Shown here piece by piece: positions 49,697 to 60,271 of a DNA stretch of 64,000 nucleotides (position 1 is its first letter; the number at the start of each line of letters is the position of its first letter). The position numbers and the translations under genes were made by a program. The stretch comes from Polyangiales bacterium (GTDB lineage: Bacteria; Myxococcota_A; Polyangia; Polyangiales; Polyangiaceae). The notes below the pieces were generated by a model, which did not search any database, had not been told where the DNA came from, and saw nothing but the letters and a program-made list of their open reading frames with translations. The stretch is taken from contig JBBRLQ010000001.1 of the NCBI GenBank assembly GCA_038231275.1, positions 224,001 to 288,000 of the forward strand, read 5' to 3'.

Positions 49697-51520
49697 TCAG
49701 GCCAGAGACACGTTGGCGCGCGCGCTCATGCGCATGCGCCAGCGAAGGACGCCGTAGAGGGCGAAGAGGAGCGGGACGCCGAGGATGAGGATGCCCTCGA
49801 CCCAGCGCTGCTGGATCTTCTTGGCGGTCTTCATCTCGTCGTCGCGCTTCTTCAGCGCCTCGTCGCTGTCTTCGGCGAACGTGGGCTTGCTCACGTCGCC
49901 GTAGACGAGGCTCGGCTCGCTCAGGATCTTCGCGCTGACGGCGAGGAGATCGGTGTCGCCCGTGAGGTAGTCGAGCGTGTTCTTGAACGCGAGGATGGTG
50001 CTGGTGAGCGCCTGCTGCGCGTACGGACCGGCGAGCTGCTGGAGCTGCTCGTCGCCGCCGCCGCCCGGCATCATCATCTGCATCTGCCCCATGTCGGGCC
50101 CGTTGCCGGCGCGCGCGAACGGGTTCGCGAGGAACTGCGACGACGCGATGACGAGCACGCGCGCCGACTTCACGCTCTTCGCGGGCGCCTCGATGCCCAT
50201 CTTGTCGCCGGCCGGGAACGCCGTCGCCAGCGTGCCCTCCGCCGACGCCGCGATGGGGAACTGCTGCCACTGCCCCTTGGGCTTCCACGACTTGAAGGGC
50301 TTCAGGTCGACCGCGTCGCTCGTCTCGGCGATCGATCGCGGCGTGGTGCGCGCGAGGATCTTGAGCGTCGCCTCCGACTGCTTCTCCTTCTTGAGCCCGA
50401 CGCTCGACGGGAAGGGGAACGACAGCTGCGGAATGCGGAAGAACGCCGGGAAGCCGGTGTCGAGCAGCTGCTCGTCGCCGGTGAAGCGCAGATCGTCCTG
50501 CACGTCGGCCATCTGCGGGAAGCGCGCGCTGGCGATGCCGCCCTGGGTCATCATCTGCACGCGGAACGAGCGACCGAAGTCGAGGATCACGTCCTTGTGG
50601 AGCTCGATGCCGTACCCGTCGAGGAGCTTGTCGAGCCCGTGTGCGTTCAGGATCGCGTTCATCGTCGCGTCGGACGCCTTCACGTTGGCGGCGCCGGCGA
50701 TGACGACGAGCGCCTTGCCCTTCATCACGAACTGGTCGATGCGGCGCAGCTCCTTCTCGGTGATGTCCTTGTTCGGCTGCGTGATGATGAGGCCGTCGAT
50801 GGACTCGTCCACGTCCGCGTCGCCGCCCTTCAGGTCCACGTCCTGGAGCTGATAGAAGGGGAAGTTTTGCGTGATGATCTGCTGGATGTTGGGCTTGCCC
50901 TGCGCCGCCGGGATGAGGTTCGCTTCCGTGAGCTTCATCTCGTCGTGACCGGTGAGGACACCGATCTTGTGCTTCAGGCTGTCGCCACGATCGCGGACCT
51001 CACGGACCTTGTTCGTGATCCAGAACTCCAGGCCGTCGGTGCGGTCCGGCGGGAGGAACTTGATCGCGTCCTTCTCCGAGCCGTACTTGAGGACGAGGCC
51101 CATGAAGCCCTGCGTGACGGCGGCGGCGTTCTCGGTCTCGCTCGCTTCGCCGAACGGCTGCTCGACGAGCCCGGCGTCCTTGGCCGCCTTCTTCTGCTCC
51201 TCGTCCTTCGCCTCGATGATGGCGTAGTCGAAGTGCCCGCCGCTGTTGTCCTTGTAGTCCTGGAGCAGATCGCGAAGGTCGCGCACGAACGCGTCGAGCT
51301 TGGGCAAGCCCTTCGTGACGTACGCGTCGACCTGCATGTTCTGCTTCATCGACTTGAGGAGCGAGCCGCTGCCCTTGGAGAGCGTGAAGCGCTCGTTCTT
51401 CGTGACGTCGATGCGCTTGTACCCGCCCAAGGCGGACAGGGCGTTCACGGCGACGAGGATCGCCGCCATGACGAGGAGGAGGGCGCCGCTCTCGGTCGCG
51501 GCTTTTGCACGTCGTTCCAT
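49697..51520 (-). CDS. GldG-family ABC auxiliary component
   Basis: RIDVTKNERFTLS, GVLTGHDE, IDQFVMKG, N- and C-terminal TMs. Confidence 0.85.
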   Translation of the reverse strand: MERRAKAATESGALLLVMAAILVAVNALSALGGYKRIDVTKNERFTLSKGSGSLLKSMKQNMQVDAYVTKGLPKLDAFVRDLRDLLQDYKDNSGGHFDYAIIEAKDEEQKKAAKDAGLVEQPFGEASETENAAAVTQGFMGLVLKYGSEKDAIKFLPPDRTDGLEFWITNKVREVRDRGDSLKHKIGVLTGHDEMKLTEANLIPAAQGKPNIQQIITQNFPFYQLQDVDLKGGDADVDESIDGLIITQPNKDITEKELRRIDQFVMKGKALVVIAGAANVKASDATMNAILNAHGLDKLLDGYGIELHKDVILDFGRSFRVQMMTQGGIASARFPQMADVQDDLRFTGDEQLLDTGFPAFFRIPQLSFPFPSSVGLKKEKQSEATLKILARTTPRSIAETSDAVDLKPFKSWKPKGQWQQFPIAASAEGTLATAFPAGDKMGIEAPAKSVKSARVLVIASSQFLANPFARAGNGPDMGQMQMMMPGGGGDEQLQQLAGPYAQQALTSTILAFKNTLDYLTGDTDLLAVSAKILSEPSLVYGDVSKPTFAEDSDEALKKRDDEMKTAKKIQQRWVEGILILGVPLLFALYGVLRWRMRMSARANVSLA

Positions 51521-51528
51521 GGCTTATC

Positions 51529-52422
51529 TCAGCTCCACTTCCGGCTCTCGAGGGAGCGGAAGGCGGCTAGCAGACAGATGATCGTGATCGACAGGAAGTA
51601 GATGACGGCGCGGGTGTCGATGAGGCCGCGCGAGAACGGAACGAACCGCGTCTGGAAGGACACGAACGAGATCGCGTCGCCCACCGGGCCGTGCACGAAC
51701 TCGACGATCGAGCCGATGAACCACAGGAGCGCGAGGACGGCCGCCGTGATGAAGAACGCGACGATTTGGTTCTCGGTGAAGCTCGAGAACATCATCCCGA
51801 CCGCGATGCCGGCGCCGCCCATGAGGAGGAGGCCCAGGTAGCTGGTGGTCACCGGACCCCAATCGAGCGGGCCCATGTGCCAGGGCCACATGAACATCGC
51901 GATCGGGTAGATGAGCGTGCAGAGGAGGAGCACCGCCGTGAGCCCCAGCGCGGCGAAGAACTTTCCGAGGATGACCTCGCTGTCCTTCACCGGCATCGTG
52001 ATGAGAAGCTCGATGGTGCCGCTGCGCTTCTCTTCGGCGAGCGCGCGCATCGTGAGGAGCGGCAGCACGAGGAAGCTGAGGAGAATGGGGAGGCTGCCGA
52101 CGCCGTCGAAGAGGCGCGACACGCTCGCGCGATCGACCTGCCAGAAGCCGAAGAAGAAGAACCAGACGCCCACGATGAGGAGCGTGAGGCACACGACGAC
52201 GTACGCGACGATCGAGTCGAAGTACGCCTTGAACTCACGTCGCGTGATCGTGAGGATGTTCCGGAGGCCGGCGCCGGGTTTGCGCTCGAAGACCTTCGGC
52301 TGGGCAGTGGCCGGCAGCTCCTTCTTGGACTTGCCGTTCGACTCGTCGCTCTCTTCTTCCTCGTGCTCCGCCGCCTCATCGGCCTCGTGCACGTCGTCCC
52401 TGAGCTCTTCCGTCGTTGCCAT
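51529..52422 (-). CDS. GldF-like ABC permease
   Basis: REFKAYF, TMRALAEEKRSGTIELL, ILGKF, TENQIVA. Confidence 0.88.
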   Translation of the reverse strand: MATTEELRDDVHEADEAAEHEEEESDESNGKSKKELPATAQPKVFERKPGAGLRNILTITRREFKAYFDSIVAYVVVCLTLLIVGVWFFFFGFWQVDRASVSRLFDGVGSLPILLSFLVLPLLTMRALAEEKRSGTIELLITMPVKDSEVILGKFFAALGLTAVLLLCTLIYPIAMFMWPWHMGPLDWGPVTTSYLGLLLMGGAGIAVGMMFSSFTENQIVAFFITAAVLALLWFIGSIVEFVHGPVGDAISFVSFQTRFVPFSRGLIDTRAVIYFLSITIICLLAAFRSLESRKWS

Positions 52423-52425
52423 GGC

Positions 52426-53532
52426 TCAATCCTTGTCCTTCGCGTCGCTGTCGTCGTCTGATTCCTCGGTCTCTTCCTCGGTCTCCTCGTCCTCGTCCTC
52501 GTCCTCGTCTTCGTCGGCGCCTGCGTCCAACGTGCGGTTGCGGCGCGCGTCGCCGATGGTGAGGTGACGGAAGACGTCCTCGAGCGTCTGCGCATCGCGG
52601 TGCAGCTCGAGGAGGACCCAGCCCTTCTGAACGATCAACTGGAAGAGCTCGGCGCGGAGATCCACGCCCTCGTCGGTCGAGAGCTCATAGGTGTGGGCGC
52701 GCTCGTCGGTGGGGAGCTCGGTGATCTTCTTCACGCCGTTGATCTTGCCGAGAGCCGCCTCGACCTCGGCTTGCTTCGGCGGCTGGCCCTGCCCGCGGTA
52801 CGGGGTCGAGCCGGCCGACTCCTGCACGCTCACGACGTAGCGGACGCGGCCGCTCTTCGCGCGGATCTCGTCGAGCGGGCCGTCGGCGACGACGCGGCCC
52901 TTCGACACGATGATGGCGCGCGCGCAGGCGATCTCGACCTCGGAGAGGTTGTGGGTCGAGAGGAGGACGGTGCGCTCCTGGCCGATCTGCTTGATGTAGT
53001 CGAGGAACTCGGCCTTCTCGTTCGGATCGAGATCGCTCGTCGGCTCGTCGAGGATGAGGATCGGCGGATCGTGGATGAGCGCCTGGCCGAGGCCGACGCG
53101 CTGGCGGTAGCCGTGCGACAGGTGCCGGATCTCTTTGCCGAGCACCTGCGCGAGGCCGCACACCTCGACGACGCTGCGCGCGCGCTTGCGGAAGGTCGCG
53201 TCGTCGAGCTGGCGAAGATCGGCGGCGAACTTCAGGTACTCGTACACGCTCATCTCGAGGTAGAGCGGCGCGCGCTGCGGGAGGTAGCCGAGGCTCTCTC
53301 GCACCGCGAGCGGGTCGTCGAACACGTCGAACCCGTTGATCTTCGCCGTGCCTCCCGTGGGGGAGATGAAGCACGTGAGGATGCGCATCGTGGTCGACTT
53401 GCCGGCGCCGTTCGGCCCCAGAAATCCGACGACCTCGCCCCTGCGAACCTCGAAATTGATCTTGTCGACGGCGCGGAACGAGCCGAAATTCTTCGTAAGA
53501 TCGTTCGCGTAGATCATCACGTCCGTGGACAT
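52426..53532 (-). CDS. GldA-like ABC ATP-binding protein
   Basis: GPNGAGKST, LSHGYRQR, ILDEPT, STH. Confidence 0.92.
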   Translation of the reverse strand: MSTDVMIYANDLTKNFGSFRAVDKINFEVRRGEVVGFLGPNGAGKSTTMRILTCFISPTGGTAKINGFDVFDDPLAVRESLGYLPQRAPLYLEMSVYEYLKFAADLRQLDDATFRKRARSVVEVCGLAQVLGKEIRHLSHGYRQRVGLGQALIHDPPILILDEPTSDLDPNEKAEFLDYIKQIGQERTVLLSTHNLSEVEIACARAIIVSKGRVVADGPLDEIRAKSGRVRYVVSVQESAGSTPYRGQGQPPKQAEVEAALGKINGVKKITELPTDERAHTYELSTDEGVDLRAELFQLIVQKGWVLLELHRDAQTLEDVFRHLTIGDARRNRTLDAGADEDEDEDEDEETEEETEESDDDSDAKDKD

Positions 53533-53603
53533 CCGACCTCCAAGTACCTAATTTTGCTCACAATTTTGAGACACTGCGGAGCGTGAGACACCCCGCGGGG
53601 CGC

Positions 53604-53631
53604 ATCCTAATGGCGGGACCGGTGAAGTCAA
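53604..53631 (-). promoter_or_regulatory. Putative sigma-70 promoter of the ABC operon
   Basis: Minus strand TTGACT-N16-TAGGAT. Confidence 0.45.
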
Positions 53632-53778
53632 CGTTCCCGACAGGGTCTCTGCGCCCGGAGAGATCGGACCATGCGAAGGCGCATGCGCCGCTCGCGCGGG
53701 CAAACCGTCGTGAGGCGCGTCTATTCCCATCGTCGCTCGTCTTGCAAGCGCAGCCGCTGGCCGACTAGCCTTCCGCGC

Positions 53779-54297
53779 ATGCCGAACCCCACCGCCACCC
53801 TCGATACTTCTCTGGGCAAGGTCAAGATCGAGGTCTTCCTCGACAAGATGCCCGCCACCGCCGCCAACTTCATCAAGCTGGCGAAGGACGGCTTCTACGA
53901 CGGCCTCCACTTTCACCGCGTCATCAACGGATTCATGATCCAGTTCGGCTGCCCGTTCTCGAAGGATCCCATGAGCGCGCGCGCAGGGACCGGCGACGCG
54001 CCGCATGGGACGATCAAGGACGAGCACCCGGCAGACTCGAAGATCTCGAACGAGCCGGGGACGCTCGCGATGGCGAACACCGGCAGCCCGAACAGCGGGT
54101 CGTGCCAGTTTTTCATCAACACGGTGCACAACAGCTACCTCGATTTTTTCACGCCGGGCGCGTCGAAGCACCCGGTGTTCGCGCGCATCATCGACGGGCT
54201 CGACGTCGTGAAGAAGATCGAGTCGACGCCGACCGACGGGGACGATCGCCCGCGGACGCCCGTGCGCATGAACAAGATCACGGTCGAAGGGGCCTGA
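53779..54297 (+). CDS. Cyclophilin-type peptidyl-prolyl isomerase
   Basis: [23 protein letters not shown]. Confidence 0.93.
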   Translation: MPNPTATLDTSLGKVKIEVFLDKMPATAANFIKLAKDGFYDGLHFHRVINGFMIQFGCPFSKDPMSARAGTGDAPHGTIKDEHPADSKISNEPGTLAMANTGSPNSGSCQFFINTVHNSYLDFFTPGASKHPVFARIIDGLDVVKKIESTPTDGDDRPRTPVRMNKITVEGA

Positions 54298-54358
54298 CAA
54301 AAAGGGCGGGGGTCGGGGAACGTTGAAATTCCTGGCCAGTGTGCGACGACGCGGGGGC

Positions 54359-56389
54359 ATGAAAGCCCCTGCCGCCGCAGCCGCCGCCCTCGCCGTCCTC
54401 GTCCTCGCTGCGTGCGGCGCTGGCGCCCCGGAGCCGGCGACGCCGAGCCCGACTCCGAGTCCGAGTCCGACTCCGGCGCCGGTTTCGATTCCGAACGTCA
54501 CGCCGACCGCCGAGCCCAACGTCCTCACGCCGGATCAAAAGCGACGGGACGACGCGCGCGCGCCGCTCGCCAAGGCGGTCGTCGGCGCGTACCCGAACTG
54601 GAACGGATTTTTCTCGAGCCTCGTCGCGAATTTTTCGCCGGACGGAAAGCGCATCCTCTTTGGCTCGCTGCGTGACGGGCTGCCTGAGATTTACGAGGGC
54701 GACGTCGCCAAGCGTGGGGACGCGCCCCGCGCGGTGACGACCGGGCCCGAGCGCGCGATCTGGGCGACGTACACGCCCGACGGGAAATCCATCCTCTTTC
54801 TCCGCGACGACAAGGGAGACGAGAACCACCACATCTTCAAGGTGTCCGTCGATGGGACCGGCCTCGTCGATCTCACGCCGGGCGAGCCGATGCGCTGCGG
54901 CGAGCCGATTTTTCCGAGGAAGCGTCCCGACCGCATCGTGTTCGACGCGCGGCCGCGATCAAGCGTGGCGCAAAAGGTCTACGTGCAGACACTCGCCGGC
55001 GGCGACGCGCCCAAGCTCGTCTACACCGGCGCGGGCCCCGGCGGGCTCGGCGACGTGACCGCCGACGGCGCGCGCGCGCTCTACGTCGAGGGCACATCGC
55101 CCGACAATCAGGTCGTCTTCGAGATCGATCTCGCGAGCGGCAAGGGACGCCGGCTCTTCCCCGCCGAAGGAAAGCGGGCCGGCGTCAACGGCGCGTCGTA
55201 CTCGCTCGACGGATCGCGCGTCTTCGTCGCGACGGACGAAGGGGCCGAGTCGTCGGTGCTCCTCGCGCTCGACGCGAAGACCGGCAAAGAGCTCGCCCGC
55301 TACGTCAACACGACGCCGTCGACCGCGCCGCTGACCGTGAACGTGTCGCCGAAGGGAGATCGCCTGGTCGTCGGCGTCGCGATGGGAAACCGCGGCGAGG
55401 TGCGCGTCCTCGACGCGACGACGCTCAAGCTCGTGCGCGACGTAAAGGTGCCGCTCGGCGACGTGCAGGTCGGATCGTTTCAACTGGACGGGAAAGGGAT
55501 CTCGCTCCTGGTCTCGCTCCCCGACAAGCCCGCCGACGTGTACGTGGCGGACATCGCCACCGGAGAAGTGCGTCCGCTGCGCGACGACAAGCGGCCGGGC
55601 CTCGAGTCCTTGCCGCCGCTCGACGCGACGATCGAGAACGTGAAGGCGTTCGATGGGCTCACGATCCCCGTGAACCAGTACCTTCCGAAGGATCGCGCGG
55701 GGAAAAAGCTCCCCACGATCGCAATTTTCCACGGCGGTCCCGCGTCGAGCTACCGCGTGCGGTGGAACGCATACGCCCGCTTCTTCCTCTCGCTCGGCTA
55801 CGCCGTCGTCGAGCCGAACGTGCGCGGCTCCACCGGCTTCGGGCGCGCGTACGAGATGGCCGACAACCGCGAGAAGCGCGCCGATTGGCTGAAAGACGTC
55901 GAGACGATCAACACGTGGTTGAAGAGCCAGCCGTGGTGCGATCCGCAGCGCGTCGTCGTTTGGGGGCAGAGCTACGGCGGGTACACGACGCTCATGGCGC
56001 TCACGCGTCAGCCGGGCCTGTGGCGCGCCGGAGTCGACCTCTACGGACCCGCCGACATGAAGGCGTTCTTGCGGACGACCGATCCCGGGATCCGCATGTT
56101 CTTCGTCACCGAGTTCGGCGATCTCGACAAGGACGGCGCGCTGCTCGACGAGTTCAGCCCGATGCGCGACGTCGACAAGATCAAGGTGCCGCTGTTCGTC
56201 TACGCGGGGAAGAACGATCCGCGCGTGCCGCTCTCGGAGTCGGACACGATCGTCCGCGCGCTCCGTGGCCGCGAAGTGCCCGTCGAATACATGGTCGCCG
56301 CGAACGAGGGGCACACCGTCGATCGCAACGGGACCAAAATCGAGCTCCTCACGCGCACGGCGCGCTTCCTCGAAGACGCGCTGAAGTAG
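54359..56389 (+). CDS. S9 family peptidase lipoprotein
   Basis: Lipobox LAAC, HGGP, NVRGSTG, GQSYGG, NDPRV, EGH. Confidence 0.92.
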   Translation: MKAPAAAAAALAVLVLAACGAGAPEPATPSPTPSPSPTPAPVSIPNVTPTAEPNVLTPDQKRRDDARAPLAKAVVGAYPNWNGFFSSLVANFSPDGKRILFGSLRDGLPEIYEGDVAKRGDAPRAVTTGPERAIWATYTPDGKSILFLRDDKGDENHHIFKVSVDGTGLVDLTPGEPMRCGEPIFPRKRPDRIVFDARPRSSVAQKVYVQTLAGGDAPKLVYTGAGPGGLGDVTADGARALYVEGTSPDNQVVFEIDLASGKGRRLFPAEGKRAGVNGASYSLDGSRVFVATDEGAESSVLLALDAKTGKELARYVNTTPSTAPLTVNVSPKGDRLVVGVAMGNRGEVRVLDATTLKLVRDVKVPLGDVQVGSFQLDGKGISLLVSLPDKPADVYVADIATGEVRPLRDDKRPGLESLPPLDATIENVKAFDGLTIPVNQYLPKDRAGKKLPTIAIFHGGPASSYRVRWNAYARFFLSLGYAVVEPNVRGSTGFGRAYEMADNREKRADWLKDVETINTWLKSQPWCDPQRVVVWGQSYGGYTTLMALTRQPGLWRAGVDLYGPADMKAFLRTTDPGIRMFFVTEFGDLDKDGALLDEFSPMRDVDKIKVPLFVYAGKNDPRVPLSESDTIVRALRGREVPVEYMVAANEGHTVDRNGTKIELLTRTARFLEDALK

Positions 56390-56408
56390 CTCGCTCGACG
56401 ACGGGAGC

Positions 56409-58442
56409 TTACTTGGCCGGAACCTGGAGCTTCCAAAGCGTGGCCAAGAACCGGTACGTGCGCGCGAGGTAGGCGATCATGTTTTCGCGACGCGTGACGC
56501 CGTGTCCCTCATCGGCGAGGAGCATGTATTCTACAGGCACATTCCGCGTGCGCAGCGCGCCGACGATCTGATCGGCCTCCGACTGCGGCGTGATCGGATC
56601 GTTTTTGCCCTGGTACACGAAAACAGGGGCGACGATCTTGTCGACGTCCTTGAGGGGGCTCCACTCGGCGAGGAGCGCGTCGTCCTTTCCGAGCGCGCCG
56701 AACTCGGTGTCGTCGTACGCGCGAAGCGTCTGGGTCTCGTTTTTCTCCATCGTGCGCAGATCGCTCATGCCCGAGCCGTCGATCCCTGCGGCCCACAGCG
56801 CCTTTTGCCGCGTGAGCGCGAGGAGCGTCATGTAGCCGCCGTAGCTGATACCGCCGATGAGCATCTTGGCGGAGTCGCACCACGGCTGCGCGCGGGCCCA
56901 CGCGTTGACGCTCTCGACGTCCTTCAGGGCGTCGCCGCGCTTCTCGCGATCGTCGGCCTTCTCGAAGTCGATCCCGAAGCCGGCGGAGCCGCGGATGTTC
57001 GGCTCGACGACCGCGAACCCCATCGCGCCGTAGAAGGCGATCGTCGCCGACCACCGCAAGTACGCGCTGCCCGACGGGCCGCCATGGATGAGGACGAACG
57101 TGGGGAGCTTCTTGGTCCCGCGATCTTTGGGGAGGTAGACGTTCGTGGGGATCGTGAGGCCATCGAACGCCTTGATGGGGGTGATTCGAGCCTCGAGCTT
57201 CGGCGCGTTCGCGAGACCGGGGCGGACGTCGGCGCGAAGGGGCGTGACGTCGCCGGTCTTCGCGTCGACCGCGACGATGTCGGCAGGGGCCTCGGCGCGC
57301 AGAAGCATGAACGCGAAGCGCTTGCCGTCCGCAGAGAACCGCGGGACGCGCGGGGCGCCGGGGCCGAGCTTGGCGGCGGCGGCGGGCGCGAACGTCTTCG
57401 CGTCGAGGATGCGTAGCTCCGCGCGGTTGCCCGCGTCGACAGTGACGGCGATGCGATCGCCGGTCGGCGAGACCCCGACAGCCTCGATGGTGCCGTTCGG
57501 GATACCCTTTTCGACGTAGCGGCCGCGCTCCGCGAACGTCGCCGCGTCGATGAGCAGAAGCTCGGGCGGCGCGCCAGCGCGCTGGGTCGCGACGTAGATC
57601 CCGGAGCCGTCGGGCGTGAAGGCGACCGCGCCGAGCTTCGCCGTGCCCTCGGTTGGATAGACGCGCTTCGGACGCCCACTGGCGACGTCGACCGCGAAGA
57701 GGACCTGCTCGTTCTCGTTCACGAAGCGCTCGAAGAGGACGCGGGTTCCGTCGGGCGACATGGCGGCGACGTTCCCGCCGGTCGGATCCTGCGCGATTTC
57801 GCGCGGTGGGGTGCCATCGACGTTCGCCACCAGCACGCGCGCGATGCGATCGGTCTTGGTGTGCGCCGAGAACGCGAAGACGCCGTTCTTCTTCGCGGCC
57901 GTCGCGGGCAGGTCGCGGCGAAGCGCGACGTCGGGGGTCAGGTTCTTGAGGCCGCTGCCGTCCACGTCGACGCGGAAGATGGAAAAATTCTCGTCGGACT
58001 TCACGTCGCTGGTGAAGAGCACCGTCTTCTCGTCGGGCAGGAGCACGAAACCGCGCACGCGCTCGTCGGGACCGGGCAGCCGGCGCGGCGCGGCGGCGGG
58101 GCTCTTGGTGTCGCCGACGTAGAGTGCGGGAATCCCATCCCGCGTCGACACGAAGACGACGCGACCGTCGGCCAGGAGGGCGGGGCTCGCGTTGGTGTAG
58201 GCGTCGACGAAGGCCGCGACCCTCGGCGTGAGCGCGGCGTCGGCGGCGCGCTGGGCATCGGTGAGATCGGTCGGCGGGATCGGAGCCGGGGCCGGAGTCG
58301 GAGTCGGAGGCGGAGTCGGGGCCGGAGGCGGAGTCGGAGTCGGAGTCGGGGCCGGAGGCGGAGGCGGCGTCGGCGTCGGCGTCGGCGTCGCGGCGCAGGC
58401 GGAGAGGGCAAGGCAGAGGATGGCCGGGAGGATGGCGCGCAT
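56409..58442 (-). CDS. S9 family peptidase lipoprotein
   Basis: Lipobox LSAC, HGGP, NIRGS, GISYGG, NDPIT, EGH. Confidence 0.92.
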   Translation of the reverse strand: MRAILPAILCLALSACAATPTPTPTPPPPPAPTPTPTPPPAPTPPPTPTPAPAPIPPTDLTDAQRAADAALTPRVAAFVDAYTNASPALLADGRVVFVSTRDGIPALYVGDTKSPAAAPRRLPGPDERVRGFVLLPDEKTVLFTSDVKSDENFSIFRVDVDGSGLKNLTPDVALRRDLPATAAKKNGVFAFSAHTKTDRIARVLVANVDGTPPREIAQDPTGGNVAAMSPDGTRVLFERFVNENEQVLFAVDVASGRPKRVYPTEGTAKLGAVAFTPDGSGIYVATQRAGAPPELLLIDAATFAERGRYVEKGIPNGTIEAVGVSPTGDRIAVTVDAGNRAELRILDAKTFAPAAAAKLGPGAPRVPRFSADGKRFAFMLLRAEAPADIVAVDAKTGDVTPLRADVRPGLANAPKLEARITPIKAFDGLTIPTNVYLPKDRGTKKLPTFVLIHGGPSGSAYLRWSATIAFYGAMGFAVVEPNIRGSAGFGIDFEKADDREKRGDALKDVESVNAWARAQPWCDSAKMLIGGISYGGYMTLLALTRQKALWAAGIDGSGMSDLRTMEKNETQTLRAYDDTEFGALGKDDALLAEWSPLKDVDKIVAPVFVYQGKNDPITPQSEADQIVGALRTRNVPVEYMLLADEGHGVTRRENMIAYLARTYRFLATLWKLQVPAK

Positions 58443-58513
58443 GGCGCCGAAGCTTAGCGCGAGTCGGGCCGCCGGCCTGGCTCGCGTGTGCGAACTGTGG
58501 TCGACTCGCGCCG

Positions 58514-60223
58514 ATGAGAGGCTTGACGCGTGCAATCCGTTCCATCTCGCTCCTCGGCGCCGCGGCCATACTCGTTGGCGCATGCGGCGGCGCAAGCGAG
58601 GGCAGAGGCGCTTCACCGCCGAGCCCCGCGCCGGCGAAGGCGGCTTCGCTCGTCGTCGTCAACGCGCACGTGTGGACGGGCGACGCGGCGAATCCGTGGG
58701 CCGAGGCCGTCGCCGTCGCGGGCGAGCGCATCGTCGCGGTCGGCGCGAACGCCGCGGTTCGAGGCCTCGTGGGCCCCGGCGCGAAGGTCATCGACGCGCA
58801 CGGATGCATGGTCACGCCTGGCTTCATCGACACGCACCTGCACCTCGGCGGGGGCTCGTTCTCGCTTGCGTCCGTGCAGCTCCGCGACGTCACGTCGAAG
58901 GCGCAGCTCGCCGAGCGCCTCGCCGCGTACGTGAAGCTCGTCCCGAAGGGGACCTGGGTCCGCGGCGGTGAGTGGGATCACACGTTGTGGGGCGGCGACC
59001 TCCCGACCAAAGCGTGGATCGACGCGGTGACGCCCGACCACCCCGTGTGGATCGACCGACTCGACGGCCACATGGCGCTCGCCAATTCCGCCGCGCTCGC
59101 CGCCGCGAAGGTGGACCGAAGCACCAAGGACGTCGAGGGCGGCGCCGTGGTGCGCGACGCGAGCGGGGAGCCCACCGGCATCTTCAAAGACAACGCGATG
59201 GCGCTCGTGAAGGCCGCGATTCCATCGCACACATCGAGCGAATGGAGCGCGGCGCTCGACGCGGGGATGACCTACCTGAACGCGCAGGGCGTTACCAGCG
59301 CGCACGCCATGGGGACCTTCGAGGAGCTCGACGCGCTGCGGCGCCTGCGCGAGTCGGGGACGCGGCGCGTGCGGGTGGTCCTCCAGCTGCCGCTGGTCGA
59401 CTGGGCGAAGCTCCGCGACGAGGTCCGCGCGAAAGGCCGCGGCGACGACTGGCTGCGCATCGGCGGTCTGAAGGGCTTCGTCGACGGATCGCTCGGCTCG
59501 CACACCGCCGCGATGCTGGAGCCGTTCTCCGATGGGCCTTCGGACAAGGGCCTCTTCGTCACGCCCCCCGAGCTCCTCTACGAGTGGACGAAGGCCGCGG
59601 ACACCGCGGGCCTGCAAGTGGCCGTGCACGCGATCGGCGATCGGGCGGTCCGCACGCAGCTCGACGTCTTCGAGCGCGTCGCGAAGGAGAACGGGCCGCG
59701 CGACCGCCGGTTTCGTGTCGAGCACGTCCAGCACGTGGCGCCGGTGGACATTCCGCGCTTCGCCGCGCTCGGCGTCATCGCGAGCATGCAGCCGTACCAC
59801 GCCATCGACGACGGTCGCTGGGCGGAGAAGGTCATCGGGCCGGATCGCGCGAAGGGCTCGTACGCGTGGCGGTCACTCCTCGACGCGCACGCGACGGTGG
59901 TGTTCGGCAGCGATTGGCCGGTCGCCCCTGCCACGCCGCTCGAGGGCATCTACGCCGCGCTCACGCGGGCGACGCTCGACGGCAAGCGGCCCGGCGGGTG
60001 GGTGCCGGAGCAGAAGATCACGCTCGAAGAAGCGCTGCGCGCGTACACCGCGTCCGCCGCGTTCGCGGGCTTCCAGGGCGAGGTCGGCGTGCTGCGCGCC
60101 GGAATGCTCGCCGATCTGGTCGTGCTCGACAAAGACCTCGCGGCCCTCGCGCCCGCCGCGATCCGCAGCGCGCACGTGACGACCACGATCGTCGGCGGCC
60201 GCGTCGTTCACGAAGCGCGGTGA
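58514..60223 (+). CDS. Amidohydrolase (YtcJ/Amidohydro_3 type), lipoprotein
   Basis: PGFIDTHLH, DGSLGSHTA, VHAIGD, RVEH, FGSDWPV. Confidence 0.9.
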   Translation: MRGLTRAIRSISLLGAAAILVGACGGASEGRGASPPSPAPAKAASLVVVNAHVWTGDAANPWAEAVAVAGERIVAVGANAAVRGLVGPGAKVIDAHGCMVTPGFIDTHLHLGGGSFSLASVQLRDVTSKAQLAERLAAYVKLVPKGTWVRGGEWDHTLWGGDLPTKAWIDAVTPDHPVWIDRLDGHMALANSAALAAAKVDRSTKDVEGGAVVRDASGEPTGIFKDNAMALVKAAIPSHTSSEWSAALDAGMTYLNAQGVTSAHAMGTFEELDALRRLRESGTRRVRVVLQLPLVDWAKLRDEVRAKGRGDDWLRIGGLKGFVDGSLGSHTAAMLEPFSDGPSDKGLFVTPPELLYEWTKAADTAGLQVAVHAIGDRAVRTQLDVFERVAKENGPRDRRFRVEHVQHVAPVDIPRFAALGVIASMQPYHAIDDGRWAEKVIGPDRAKGSYAWRSLLDAHATVVFGSDWPVAPATPLEGIYAALTRATLDGKRPGGWVPEQKITLEEALRAYTASAAFAGFQGEVGVLRAGMLADLVVLDKDLAALAPAAIRSAHVTTTIVGGRVVHEAR

Positions 60224-60271
60224 GCCCGAGGGTTTGACTCCGGTATGAATTTGTTGTACCGACATTGAGCC

